Shown here: positions 39,591 to 50,016 of the stretch, piece after piece
How positions within the stretch are numbered: the stretch's first letter is position 1
Layout: the number at the start of each line of letters is the position of its first letter
Source of the DNA: an uncultured Verrucomicrobiae bacterium
Lineage (GTDB): Bacteria > Verrucomicrobiota > Verrucomicrobiia > Chthoniobacterales > UBA10450
Direction: 5' to 3'
DNA: 64,000 nt
Assembly (NCBI GenBank): GCA_963735805.1
Contig: CAVTMK010000002.1
Coordinates: forward strand, 160,001 to 224,000
Notes under the pieces: generated by a model
Told to the model about the DNA's origin: nothing
Seen by the model: the letters and a program-made list of their open reading frames with translations, nothing else
The model's database searches: none
Made by a program: the position numbers and the translations under genes

Positions 39591-40562
39591 ATGCTGATGA
39601 CTTCTAGAAACAGGAGACTTCATTTAATTATCCTTATGTTTTTGGTGTCCACACTAGGCAATGCTTCCGCCGCCACGCAGTTAGACGAGATGCGAGTCAC
39701 ACTCCTCGGTACAGGAACTCCCTTTCCAAACGCTGAGCGATTCGGCTCAGCGATTCTCGTCGACGTGGCCGATAAGAAGTTGCTGTTTGACTGTGGCCGT
39801 GGAGTCGTGATTCGCCTGACGCAGGCTGGAGTCAGTCCGAGAGAGATAGCGGGCCTTTTTCTAACTCATCTTCACTCCGACCATGTTGTAGGGATTCCCG
39901 ATTTTTGGCTTTCGGGCTGGCTTCTAGGTCGCGACCGACCCCTTCCAGTATGGGGTCCTTCAGGAACTCAAAGCATGGCAAAACACCTTGTTGAGGCGTT
40001 TGCCTATGATACCCGCATTCGTCAGACCGCTCCTGATCATCTCTCACCCAGGGGTGTCGAAATTGACGCGAAAGACATCGAACAGGGTGAGATATACAAC
40101 GATGGCTTGACCCGAGTCTCGGCATTCCTTGTCGATCACGGAACTGCGAAACCGGCATTTGGATATCGTGTCGATTCTGCGGGTCACTGTGTGGTCATTT
40201 CCGGAGACACCAAGTTTTGCCAGAACCTCGTGAACTTCGCCAAAGGCGCAGACTGCCTGATTCACGCAGCCTGGAGCGCGGACAAAAAGAATTCTACGCC
40301 GCCGTCGGAGCGTTCAATTGCGTCCGCGGAAGATGCGGGACGGGTCTTCGCGATTGTGAAGCCCAGGCTTGGTGTGGTTTATCACTACAAAGATGAAGAA
40401 GGGCTTCGGGACGCCGTGAGCAAAGAATTCCAGGGCCCGTTAGTCATCGGCAAAGACCTGATGACAATTACCGTCGGTGAGACGATCGCCTGCGACGGAA
40501 AATCTTTGGCCAACAGTACGCTGGACGGGGATAAGCCGAAATCTTCGGGAACACCGCACTAG
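39591..40562 (+). CDS. MBL-fold hydrolase (RNase Z/arylsulfatase-like) with signal peptide
   Basis: LLGTGTP, FDCG, THLHSDH, SGDT. Confidence 0.85.
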   Translation: MLMTSRNRRLHLIILMFLVSTLGNASAATQLDEMRVTLLGTGTPFPNAERFGSAILVDVADKKLLFDCGRGVVIRLTQAGVSPREIAGLFLTHLHSDHVVGIPDFWLSGWLLGRDRPLPVWGPSGTQSMAKHLVEAFAYDTRIRQTAPDHLSPRGVEIDAKDIEQGEIYNDGLTRVSAFLVDHGTAKPAFGYRVDSAGHCVVISGDTKFCQNLVNFAKGADCLIHAAWSADKKNSTPPSERSIASAEDAGRVFAIVKPRLGVVYHYKDEEGLRDAVSKEFQGPLVIGKDLMTITVGETIACDGKSLANSTLDGDKPKSSGTPH

Positions 40563-40594
40563 CCAAAGACAAGCACCGAGCGTAGCATGTGGCT

Positions 40595-41026
40595 ATGAAA
40601 TCAAACTATAACTCTAGCCGTAGATTGTTTCTGATTTTTTCTATCATCTCCGCGGTTTCGCTCGGAACCGCTGCCGCTCAACCCAGTGGGCGCTTGGTCG
40701 TTGTCAGGCCGCCAAACTTTGGATGGAATTTGGCCTTCAATCTACAGATCGACGGCAGGCCGGTTGCGAACGTTGTCCAGGGTCGCAACTATCAGGCATG
40801 GTTGCCAGCCGGGGAGCATGTCTTGACCGTGTCCAAGGTACCGTACACAGGATATGCTGGGCCCACTTCGACAAATGTGAATATCCAGCCCGGGTGGACA
40901 TATGTATATACTGCCTGGTGGGATTCGGCTTTCGTTTTCCTTCGCCCATCCGGGGCGTGGTTAACCCCCGGGGCGCAGTGGCAACTTGGTTGGGCGGCGA
41001 GGCCGTCTCCCAGGCTAATCGACTAA
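40595..41026 (+). CDS. Secreted hypothetical protein, tandem paralog 1
   Basis: GRLVVVRPPNFGWNL..QIDGR..LPAGEHVLTV. Confidence 0.75.
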   Translation: MKSNYNSSRRLFLIFSIISAVSLGTAAAQPSGRLVVVRPPNFGWNLAFNLQIDGRPVANVVQGRNYQAWLPAGEHVLTVSKVPYTGYAGPTSTNVNIQPGWTYVYTAWWDSAFVFLRPSGAWLTPGAQWQLGWAARPSPRLID

Positions 41027-41091
41027 AAGAAATCCAAAAGTCGACTAATACCAGACTCGCCAAAAGCGAAACCGGTGCATAGCATGCGGCG

Positions 41092-41478
41092 ATGAAGTCC
41101 AGATACACCTCCGCTGCCAAACTTTTCCTGATTCTTGTTTTTGTTTGCATAGCCTCAATCGGGACCGCCACCGCTCAGTCCGGTGGACGCCTTATCGTTA
41201 TGAGGTCGCCGAGCTTTGGCTGGAATTTAGCTCTCAATATTCAGATCGACGGCAGAACCGCCGCCAATCTTGTTCAGGGACGCCGTTACGATCACTTTCT
41301 ACCAGCAGGGCGCCATGTGCTGACGGTTTCGGCCGTACCAAGTTACAACTCCTATGCGCCGGTCTCGATGGTGCTGAACGTCCGATCCGGGCAAACCTAC
41401 GTGTTCACGGCAATATGGCGGGACACGGACACTGTCGTTCTTGTTCCATCAGCTCTGCCTCCAGGACAGTCGTACTAG
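41092..41478 (+). CDS. Secreted hypothetical protein, tandem paralog 2
   Basis: GRLIVMRSPSFGWNL..QIDGR..LPAGRHVLTV. Confidence 0.75.
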   Translation: MKSRYTSAAKLFLILVFVCIASIGTATAQSGGRLIVMRSPSFGWNLALNIQIDGRTAANLVQGRRYDHFLPAGRHVLTVSAVPSYNSYAPVSMVLNVRSGQTYVFTAIWRDTDTVVLVPSALPPGQSY

Positions 41479-41582
41479 TTTAGGGCCATCACCTTGCCGG
41501 TTTGCCAGTCGGGGACTCGATCCTTTGGCAAGCTTACGATTTTTCCGGCAGCGAGGCTCTCGCACTGCGGATCTCAAAGCAG

Positions 41583-41876
41583 CTATTTGATTTTCGCGAG
41601 AACTTTTTCCATCTCATTCCGGCGGAAGGCGCGCATGGTGTGACTCTTGACGTTGCCGAGCGACCCGATCTTAAGCATAAAGGCGCTCATGGTTTCGTCA
41701 TCGGGTGCATCGAAGACGACGACAGCGTCGTACGCGCCCATGGTCCAGAATTCATCCATGATCTTCATTCCCATTTTCTCCGCTTGCTCCATCGCGGTGT
41801 CGCCTCGTTTGACTGTGTCTTTGATATTGCGGATTCCTTGATCAGCAAACTGAATCAAACTGATATAAGTAGCCAT
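41583..41876 (-). CDS. GYD domain protein (paralog of 12595-12888)
   Basis: FADQGIRNIKDT, WTMGAYDAV. Confidence 0.85.
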   Translation of the reverse strand: MATYISLIQFADQGIRNIKDTVKRGDTAMEQAEKMGMKIMDEFWTMGAYDAVVVFDAPDDETMSAFMLKIGSLGNVKSHTMRAFRRNEMEKVLAKIK

Positions 41877-41989
41877 GATCTTTTCCTTTTGTGTGGTTAT
41901 GCTTTAAAATTATCCCACATGGCAGCCTACGCAAAGAGCTCAACGCTGTCTTGCCGGATACCTTTTACCTATCAAGAATAACAGGGTAG

Positions 41990-42018
41990 TGGCTCGTAAT
42001 GTCGGTTCTATGTCCTAG
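41990..42018 (+). promoter_or_regulatory. Putative AraC/GATR operator (21-bp-spaced half-sites)
   Basis: TGGCTCGT at 41990 and TGTCCTAG at 42011. Confidence 0.3.
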
Positions 42019-42060
42019 CAAGGACGTCGCACGATAAGATATTCTGGATTCAGAGAGGCA

Positions 42061-43125
42061 ATGAATCCAAAGCGGATAGGCTTTGTCGGTTTTGAGGGCG
42101 TTACTACATCGGATCTGACGCTTGCAGCCGATGTTTTTGCAGCCGCGACGCTCGATGTCGGCTATGGCAATCGGCTTTCCTGTTACCACGTCTGTACGAT
42201 TGGTTTTTCTTTCGAATGTTTTCGGTCTGAATCGGGAATTGCATTCAGACCAGACAGCACCCTGGAAACGGTGTCAGAGCTAGACACGATCATCGTTCCA
42301 GGCGGCAAAGGTCTCCGGCAATTGTTAGTTAGCGAAAGGATTGCCGACTGGATTCTGGCGCACGCAAAGCAGACGCGGCGCGTGGCTGCGATCGGTGCGG
42401 GAATTTATGGCGTAGCGCAAACAGGGTTGCTGGATGGCCGCGAAGTCACCACCCATTACCGTTACGCGAGCGATGTAACACGATGCTTTCCAAACCTAAG
42501 GATTGATCCGAGAAGGCACCTCGTTAAGGACGGGGCGTTTTATACATCGTCTGGTCCTCATGCAGCCAGCGATCTTGCGCTTGCCTTGATCGAAGAAGAC
42601 TATGGCAGGCATGTGGCATTGGCTTCTGCTCAGGAATTCGTTATGCCATCGACTAACGGGAATGGCCAACACAAGTTGCCGAGTCCGCTCGTGTTTGACA
42701 GTCAACCAGCTGATCGGTTTGCAGAACTCATCCCGTGGGTCATGCGAAATTTAACCCAAGACCTTTCAGTCAATACGCTTGCCCGAAGAGCCTGCATGTC
42801 TCCGAGCCATTTCAATCGGGCTTTCAAAAGTGTGTTTGGCAACACGCCAGCCGAGTTCGTAGAAACGCTGCGTATCAACGAGGCACGGCGCCGCCTTTCT
42901 GTTCCGAAGCGAACCCTGGATACGATCGCCGCATCCGTTGGTTTTGCAGATGCGCAAACATTTCAGCGCGCCTTCGAACGCAGAGTTGGAGCAAAGCCGC
43001 GCAGTTACCTGAAGAACGTCCACCCGATCTCGACAGCCCCTTCCTCTAACGGAGATGCGGTGCCTGAACCGGCGGCGAGAGCATTCGACCGGCGAGAGGC
43101 ACTAACGGTTCCGACCCAACATTAA
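42061..43125 (+). CDS. GlxA/GATR-type AraC family regulator (DJ-1/PfpI + HTH), copy 1
   Basis: LDTIIVPGG, GLLDGREVTTH, LARRACMSP, double HTH. Confidence 0.9.
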   Translation: MNPKRIGFVGFEGVTTSDLTLAADVFAAATLDVGYGNRLSCYHVCTIGFSFECFRSESGIAFRPDSTLETVSELDTIIVPGGKGLRQLLVSERIADWILAHAKQTRRVAAIGAGIYGVAQTGLLDGREVTTHYRYASDVTRCFPNLRIDPRRHLVKDGAFYTSSGPHAASDLALALIEEDYGRHVALASAQEFVMPSTNGNGQHKLPSPLVFDSQPADRFAELIPWVMRNLTQDLSVNTLARRACMSPSHFNRAFKSVFGNTPAEFVETLRINEARRRLSVPKRTLDTIAASVGFADAQTFQRAFERRVGAKPRSYLKNVHPISTAPSSNGDAVPEPAARAFDRREALTVPTQH

Positions 43126-43617
43126 GTCCTTCGTGTTTCAGCGAACAGGCGAGCTTAACTAGGGTCACCAAATCTGCGCGAAGCTACCACGCATGCTTGA
43201 GCTTCGCGTGAGCGCAGGAAGCCAAAAACGGTAATGGTTTAACTTCGATCTCAACGCAGCTCCGCGACATTCCACTTCGGCTCTAAATCATGCGATGGAG
43301 TGCAGTCTGGCTTTCGGGCAATCGAGCTTAGGCAATCGCTCGATTAGGTACGGGCGCACCTAGCAAGCCGTACAGACTCCATCCGACAAAAGAACGCGGC
43401 GGCATCTGTCTGTCACAATTCACAACTCAGCACGAGTGTTTGGAGCTATGAAGCTGGTGTCCACTCGATCTTTACAAAGGCTCCCCAAGACCTGTGAGGC
43501 ACTTCACGCGCTGCTAATCGGGCACGGCCGATCACCGCACGCTCACAACGGTTGGTGCAAGATTTCGCAGAGAACGCACAGGGCCGCACCATTGCTGCGG
43601 AACATTGCAATCAGGAC

Positions 43618-44649
43618 GTGAAGCCAAAAGCGGTTGGATTAATTCTATTCGAGCGGATCGCTGCCGACGAGTTGAGCGGACCGGGTCAAGTCTTCTTTCG
43701 AGCAACAACTGCAACCGGCGACGATAGCGAGTTCCAGTGTTATCAGGTGCTGACACTCGGGATAGGAACCGCGCGCTGTCTGACGGAGTGTGGCGTCATC
43801 GTAAAGCCCCAGCTGGATATCAGGGACGCGCCGCCCTTAGACACCATCATCGTTCCTGGCGGTTCTGGGATTCACGATGCGAGATTGAGCAAGAAGATCG
43901 CGAACTGGCTAGCTAGGCGAGCCCCGATTACCAGGCGCATCATAGCTCTCGGCGAAAGCGTTTATACCCTAGCCCAGACGGGGCTACTAGATAACCGCCA
44001 AGTTGCTGTTCATTGGCGTTTCGCCAAGGATGTCGCTCAAACATTTCCCAAGGTTCGTGTTATTTCCGACCGCCTGTTCGTAAAGGACGGCCGGTTTTAC
44101 ACATGTGCCGGTGGCATGTCGGCAGTTGATTTGTGTCTCTCTTTAATTGAAGAAGATTATGGTCGTCAGATTGCCTTGAAACTGGCGCGCGAACTCGTCG
44201 TTCACGTCAAACGATCAGGTGAACAGGAGCAATATTCTGAGGCGCTGCAGTTTCAAATTCAATCCTGCGACCGTTTCGCTGACATATCCTCCTGGATCTC
44301 GTGCAACCTTAACCAGGATCTTTCTATCGAAGCGCTTGCCCAGAGAACATGCATGTCACCCCGCAACTTTACCCGTTTGTTTAAGGCAGAGTTTGGAACA
44401 GCACCTGCGGAGTTTGTCGCTACCGTTCGTATGACTGAGGCGCGGCGACGATTGCTGATTCCCCGGAATAGCATTGAAAGTGTGGCAGCCTCCGTTGGCT
44501 TCAAAAGCGCGGATGCTTTTAGCCGGACATTTGAAAGACTCGTCGGGATCCGGCCAAGCACCTACCGCGGCAACCGGGGGGTTGTTCGCGCGAACTTTCA
44601 GAAGCTCGAAAAAACTTTCGGCATGTCGCGACCTTTGGCGCGCGCGTGA
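43618..44649 (+). CDS. GlxA/GATR-type AraC family regulator, copy 2
   Basis: LDTIIVPGG, LIEEDYG, KRSGEQEQYS, MSPRNFTRLF; likely GTG start. Confidence 0.9.
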   Translation: MKPKAVGLILFERIAADELSGPGQVFFRATTATGDDSEFQCYQVLTLGIGTARCLTECGVIVKPQLDIRDAPPLDTIIVPGGSGIHDARLSKKIANWLARRAPITRRIIALGESVYTLAQTGLLDNRQVAVHWRFAKDVAQTFPKVRVISDRLFVKDGRFYTCAGGMSAVDLCLSLIEEDYGRQIALKLARELVVHVKRSGEQEQYSEALQFQIQSCDRFADISSWISCNLNQDLSIEALAQRTCMSPRNFTRLFKAEFGTAPAEFVATVRMTEARRRLLIPRNSIESVAASVGFKSADAFSRTFERLVGIRPSTYRGNRGVVRANFQKLEKTFGMSRPLARA

Positions 44650-44866
44650 CGGCAATCGAAAGACCGTGGTGTCGCTCTTACTCTTTTCCTTCCCATTTGT
44701 ACACTTCGGAACCGCGCGCTTCGAAACACGAGTAGTAACAAGCAGAAGGCAGAAGGTAACCGCGGGGTGCAGAGACTCTCAAAACTTAGAGCTTGCGTCT
44801 ACGATTTGAACGCCCTCAAGACTTAATTGTCGTCGCGGTTATTCTAACTATGAAACAAATGGCCAC

Positions 44867-44916
44867 TGGCCCAAGCTCTCGGAATCTTGTCCGAAACTGC
44901 CGGATTTATGGCCTAA
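44867..44916 (+). promoter_or_regulatory. Putative AraC/GATR operator: three direct repeats at 21-bp period
   Basis: TGGCCCAA 44867, TGTCCGAA 44888, TGGCCTAA 44909. Confidence 0.5.
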
Positions 44917-45011
44917 CACGCTAGCTCGCGACGTTGATACTCTCGCCTCATACGAGTGACCTAACAGTCATTCGATTTTGCCAAAGCAAATAAAACCTAA
45001 AGGAGAAACTA

Positions 45012-48000
45012 ATGACAAAAAACGTGCTAAATAAACTCGGATTCCTTGGCGCCGCTCTAACTGCGAGCGTCGGATTTCCTCTGATATTTGCATCGAACGC
45101 ATTTGCGCAGTTACCGGCTCCGGCCGCGCCGGGTACGCCAGCGCCTACGGCTGAGGTCGAGCGCGTGGTTGTGACCGGTTCGAACATTCCCACAGCGGAA
45201 GAAACCGGCCCGAATCCAGTGGACACGTATCGTCCACAGGACATCGAGAAACTAGGTATCCGAAGTGCAACTGACCTGCAGGAATTTATTCCGCAGGAAG
45301 CAGGCGGAACCGTCAACCTGAACATTGGTAACGGCGGTGATGGCACCGTCCAGTTCAACCTGCGCGGCCTCTTGCCGAAGGAGACGTTGATTCTGATCGA
45401 TGGAAAGCGTGTCGCCTCCGGTTCGTTGGACGTCGCCGGTGGCAGCTCGGCCGCGGATATTAACCTGATACCCTTCTCCATGATCGATCACATTGACATC
45501 CTCAAGGATGGGGCCTCAGCTGTGTACGGCTCCGACGCGATCGCTGGCGTGGTCAACTTCTTCCTGGTCCACAAATTCCGTGGCTTGGAGATTGGGGGCA
45601 CTTACGGAAACACAAACTTGGGAGGGTCCAATGATATGGGTGAGTGGGAGGCATGGCTCAAAGCCGGCACCGGCGATGATAAAACCGATATTGTGGTCAT
45701 TGCCGATTTCTGGCAGCGTACCGGCGGAGTTTTCAGTGCCGACCGCGATATTTCTGCTAACGGCTTCTTTGTTCCGTTTGGCGGGTTTGATGCACGCAGC
45801 GGCAATGAACCTGGCCGCGTTCAAGGTTTACGGTTGCTACCAACTTTGTTTTTCAGCGACAGCGCCCCGCCACCACATTCGGCGCCAAACGCGGCGACTT
45901 CTCCATTTTACGCTAACCCGTTTGCGGTTAATCCCAATGCATATCCGGGCGCGCCCGGTATCCACAATTCAAGAGTGACCCTCGACCAGACCGGTACTAA
46001 GTACAAAGGAGGTGGCGACTACTTCTTCTTTAACTTCGCGGCTTTCACGCCAGCGTTGCCGCCGGCAGACCGCCAAGTGTACTACGGCTCGTTTACCCGT
46101 GACCTGTGCGACAAGTACCTGACGGTGTTTGCCGACTTCAAATATGCACGCTCGTATTTCGATTCGTCATTAGCGGCAGTGCCGTTTACGCCTGATCCAT
46201 TTCACACACCAGGCACTAACACCTTCTTTAGTCCCACCGGTATTAGTGTGCCAATCTCGAATCCGTTCAATCCCTTTACAGTCGGGGACGCGACTCTGGT
46301 TGTTAACGGCGTGCCAGTCCCGGTGACTACTGGTGTTCGGTTTCGCGGCACGAACGATACCGGCCCACGGAGCGAGAAGTTCACTTACTGGGACCAACTC
46401 TTCGATACCGGTCTGCGGGGTGAGATGGGAGAATTTGGGGATTATTTCAAGACGTGGAACTGGGAAACGGGTTTCCGTTATTCTCGCAACGAAGGGCAGG
46501 ATTTGTCCATTGGCGAAGTGAGCCAGCCCGGATTGCGGGACGCCCTGTTGGACACAAATCCGGCTACGGCATTTAATCCCTTCGGTGGCTTTTTCCACCA
46601 AAATACCGCGGCAGCCAGGCAACAAGTTTATGTGACATTGCATAACTCAGGTGAGTATGAATTGCCTATCTATTACGCTACCATCAATGGCGATCTGTTC
46701 AGTCTGCCCGCGGGTCCGATCTCGTTTGCCATTGGCGGCGAGTACGACGCGCCGAGATTCACTCGTGATCGTGACGCGCTCAATAACACCTTTGACTCCA
46801 TTGGCTCAACGGATGGGCAAAGCTTCCGTGTGAACCGGGATATCTGGGGAGTCTACGAGGAAGTGCGTGTGCCATTCACAAGTCCCACATGGAACTTCCC
46901 TGGGTTCTACAGCTTCGAAGTGGATTTTGCCGAGCGGGAGGAATGGTACAGCAATAACACCTCAGCGGTGCTACCTTCTGGATTGTTCCCAGCCGTGCCA
47001 GCGGTGCACACCAGGTATAATGCGCAGAAGCCGAAGGTGTCGCTGCGTTGGCAGCCACTTGATCCCAAGTACATCGGTGCGGTGACAATACGCGGCAGCT
47101 ACAGTGAGGCGTTCCATGCTCCGACATTGTCTGAACTTACGCCCGCGTCGTCGCAAAACTTCCCGATCGTGGCCGATCCATTTACCGCCGGCAATCCCGT
47201 TAACAACCGGACCGAGCCGCAGATCGAGGAACGTATTCTAGGCAACCCGAATCTGCATCCGGAGACTGCCTACGAGTGGACCTACGGAATTGTTTACAGC
47301 CCGAAATGGGTCAAGGGCCTGACACTGAGCGCCGATTGGTGGCATATCGATATGCGGGACATCGTGACGACCCTCGGGGCGCAAACCATTATCGAGGAAA
47401 ATCCACCGACCCCCGGTATTCAACAGCAAGGGCCTCTGGTTTTCCGAGCCCCTACTGCAGTTCCTGGTGAGAATGGTCCAGTTACGCTGGTCATCGATCC
47501 TAACGAGAACCTTTCGGGCGCAGTTTTCGAAGGGCTCGACTACGAAGCGATCTATATTTTGGATTCGACGATCTTCGGACACGGCGATTGGGGAAGGTTG
47601 ACGAGCACGATCAACGGCACCTGGCTGTCACGGGCTGAGTTTCAAGTAGCGCCCGGAGTGAAACGGGTCGGTATCGCCGGTGAATTTCTACCGCCGGGAT
47701 TTGCTCTAACCAGTTCGCTGCCGTGGAATCGGGCTAACTTTAGTATCTTCTACGATGGCCCGGCTGATACGTGGATGAGTGGTTTAGATGTGGGAGCGAT
47801 AGTTCACTGGACCGGCGAGTATAACGATGACAATGCCAGTCTAACAGGAGCAACGAAGCTACAGGAGCCCAGGAGTGGTCCACTTTCGGAGCGGGCGCGC
47901 AACGTGGCCGCGTGGACTACGCTAGACCTCGTCCTCAACTACACGTTCAACATGCCACCGCCGACACCGGCCGAGGTACCGGGCTATGCCAAGGACGGTG

Positions 48001-48239
48001 GGAAGAATGTGAAGATGAAGGATGGCAAGGACAAAAACGTCGTGCCGGTCTCAACGGCTGAGTATGGCTGCAGTAACTGGCAGTGGTGGCTTAATAACAC
48101 GACCGTCACGCTGGGGATGCAGAACGTACTTGATGAAGATCCGCCGTTTGTGGCTGGTTCTTTCGAGAATGGTTACGACGAGTCGCTTGCTACCATCAAG
48201 GGTCGCTTCTGGTACGTCGGGTTGAAAAAGAGATTCTAG
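45012..48239 (+). CDS. TonB-dependent outer membrane receptor, copy 1
   Basis: AAGGAG RBS, signal peptide, ERVVVTGS TonB box, NLRGL..TLILIDGKR, DGASAVYGSDAIAGVVN plug, terminal Phe. Confidence 0.93.
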   Translation: MTKNVLNKLGFLGAALTASVGFPLIFASNAFAQLPAPAAPGTPAPTAEVERVVVTGSNIPTAEETGPNPVDTYRPQDIEKLGIRSATDLQEFIPQEAGGTVNLNIGNGGDGTVQFNLRGLLPKETLILIDGKRVASGSLDVAGGSSAADINLIPFSMIDHIDILKDGASAVYGSDAIAGVVNFFLVHKFRGLEIGGTYGNTNLGGSNDMGEWEAWLKAGTGDDKTDIVVIADFWQRTGGVFSADRDISANGFFVPFGGFDARSGNEPGRVQGLRLLPTLFFSDSAPPPHSAPNAATSPFYANPFAVNPNAYPGAPGIHNSRVTLDQTGTKYKGGGDYFFFNFAAFTPALPPADRQVYYGSFTRDLCDKYLTVFADFKYARSYFDSSLAAVPFTPDPFHTPGTNTFFSPTGISVPISNPFNPFTVGDATLVVNGVPVPVTTGVRFRGTNDTGPRSEKFTYWDQLFDTGLRGEMGEFGDYFKTWNWETGFRYSRNEGQDLSIGEVSQPGLRDALLDTNPATAFNPFGGFFHQNTAAARQQVYVTLHNSGEYELPIYYATINGDLFSLPAGPISFAIGGEYDAPRFTRDRDALNNTFDSIGSTDGQSFRVNRDIWGVYEEVRVPFTSPTWNFPGFYSFEVDFAEREEWYSNNTSAVLPSGLFPAVPAVHTRYNAQKPKVSLRWQPLDPKYIGAVTIRGSYSEAFHAPTLSELTPASSQNFPIVADPFTAGNPVNNRTEPQIEERILGNPNLHPETAYEWTYGIVYSPKWVKGLTLSADWWHIDMRDIVTTLGAQTIIEENPPTPGIQQQGPLVFRAPTAVPGENGPVTLVIDPNENLSGAVFEGLDYEAIYILDSTIFGHGDWGRLTSTINGTWLSRAEFQVAPGVKRVGIAGEFLPPGFALTSSLPWNRANFSIFYDGPADTWMSGLDVGAIVHWTGEYNDDNASLTGATKLQEPRSGPLSERARNVAAWTTLDLVLNYTFNMPPPTPAEVPGYAKDGGKNVKMKDGKDKNVVPVSTAEYGCSNWQWWLNNTTVTLGMQNVLDEDPPFVAGSFENGYDESLATIKGRFWYVGLKKRF

Positions 48240-48268
48240 ATTTCTCTGTTAGTTAGTTAGGTTACAGG

Positions 48269-48309
48269 GAGGCAGCTCCGAAGATTCTTCGTAGCTGCCT
48301 CTTTATTTT
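48269..48309 (+). terminator. Rho-independent terminator
   Basis: gaggcagct...agctgcctc followed by tttatttt. Confidence 0.8.
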
Positions 48310-48438
48310 GTATGCGGCGCTTTATGAGGATGATTGCTGTCCGAATCGCTTTTCAAATCAGCGACGAGCGCGTAATGCCCGGAAGTCAAACTTCGAAAAG
48401 AGTGCCAACGAGAAAGCCTAACGATCCCAATTCGGTGG

Positions 48439-50010
48439 CTAAACACCTCTGGCCTTAAGTGCTGATGCCAGTTTAACAAGGCTTTCGCGTATCTGTGCCG
48501 GTGTCCACGCAGCGAAACCGAATATCAATGCCGGCTTTAATCTTGCCTGGATGCAGAAAAACGATAGCGAAGCCGGTCTCACTCCGATATCGAGCATGAC
48601 GCGTTTGATCTTCGGGAATTCTTCCTCGTGTTTCAGCCAGGCGACGATGTTCAATCCGGCTTCGGGGATCTGTAAGATGAAACGATCCCCCAGCAGCTGG
48701 TTGAACTGTTCGATGAAAAAATCTCGTCGCTCCGAATACATTTTTCGCATCCGTTTGATGTGACTGAGGAAAAAACCCTCGGTGATAAAGCGCGCCAGCG
48801 TGGCCTGATCGATCGGAGACGAATGTTGATCCATGGCGCTCCGGATCTTGATGAACGAATCGACCAGCGGCTCCGGCGCAACGATGTAACCCAGACGCAA
48901 CGAGGGACAAAGAATTTTGCTCATCGTTCCCGCATAAATCACCCGGCCCGAGTTATCAATCCCCTGCACCGAAGGAAGCGGCGGACCTGTGAAACGGAAC
49001 TCAGCGTCGTAGTCGTCCTCGAAGACGAACGCGTTGTGGGCGCGCGCGAAATCGAGCAAGGCGGTCCTGCGCGGGAAACTCATAGTCATTCCGAGAGGAA
49101 ATTGGTGCGAAGGAGTTATGTAGATCAGTTTTGGAAACGGTTCTCTAGGCGAACGCGCAAGCACGATCCCGTGGTCGTCCAGCGGCTTTGGCACTATTCT
49201 GGCGCCAGCCAGAGTTAGAACTCTTCGGGTCTGCTGGTAACAAGGATCCTCGATCCACGCGGGCTCCCCGGGATTTAGTAGTGCCGTTGCGCTAATCAAC
49301 ATCGCCTGTTGCATTCCACCCACAATCACAATCTGGTCGGGATTACAGCGCGCCGCTCTGAAATCGCATAAATAAGCCGCGAGTGCCTTGCGGAGGTCGG
49401 CGTCGCCGCGATTTGAGGCGTAACGCAAGAGATGTGCGCCTTTTTTTGCGAGAACCTGTGCTCTAAGCCGTTCCCAAACCCCGATGGGAAATTCATCGAC
49501 TGCCGGAATGCTGGGCACAAGCGAGATGCCCGCGCCCGCGCCTGTTGCTCCAAGATCAAACTGTTTTCCTACACGCTGGTCCGGAATTGATTTCGCCCGT
49601 TCAGAAATGCGAGGCAAAGACCCAGTCGCAGAGTGAACTGCCGGTCGGCCACGGTGGATTTGTTCGGGTGTATTGCGGTCGAATTTGTCTGCGTTTAGGA
49701 AGCTCTCGGGGAGAGGGGATGCTACAAATGTCCCCGATTTTGCTTTTGAACGAAGATAGCCTTCCGCATCAAGCTTCGAGAACGCAAGATTGACTGTCAG
49801 TCTGGAGATGCCCAAGTCGAGAGCCAGCGCGCGCGAGGAAGGAAGCCGCGAAGCGCCATCGCCAAAGCGACCTGATATTAGTTCATCGCGAATCTGGCGA
49901 TAAAGCTGCTGATGCAGCGGTTCGGTGGATGCGCGATCAAGTCGAATCATCTCGAACGCGATGATTGACCGGCGGCGCCTTTTCTTTAGAAGCGATTTCT
50001 TGTTAGACAT
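48439..50010 (-). CDS. MocR/GabR family PLP-dependent GntR regulator, copy 1
   Basis: RLPSSRALA wHTH; YITPSHQFPLG, EDDYD, GTMSK..PSLRLGY. Confidence 0.93.
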   Translation of the reverse strand: MSNKKSLLKKRRRRSIIAFEMIRLDRASTEPLHQQLYRQIRDELISGRFGDGASRLPSSRALALDLGISRLTVNLAFSKLDAEGYLRSKAKSGTFVASPLPESFLNADKFDRNTPEQIHRGRPAVHSATGSLPRISERAKSIPDQRVGKQFDLGATGAGAGISLVPSIPAVDEFPIGVWERLRAQVLAKKGAHLLRYASNRGDADLRKALAAYLCDFRAARCNPDQIVIVGGMQQAMLISATALLNPGEPAWIEDPCYQQTRRVLTLAGARIVPKPLDDHGIVLARSPREPFPKLIYITPSHQFPLGMTMSFPRRTALLDFARAHNAFVFEDDYDAEFRFTGPPLPSVQGIDNSGRVIYAGTMSKILCPSLRLGYIVAPEPLVDSFIKIRSAMDQHSSPIDQATLARFITEGFFLSHIKRMRKMYSERRDFFIEQFNQLLGDRFILQIPEAGLNIVAWLKHEEEFPKIKRVMLDIGVRPASLSFFCIQARLKPALIFGFAAWTPAQIRESLVKLASALKARGV

Positions 50011-50016
50011 GCCTGC

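Noticed and set aside
43126..43617. Possible ncRNA or riboswitch in the long intergenic region (hairpin 43177-43208)
   Set aside because: Only a 9-bp stem and no recognisable riboswitch consensus; would need an Rfam search
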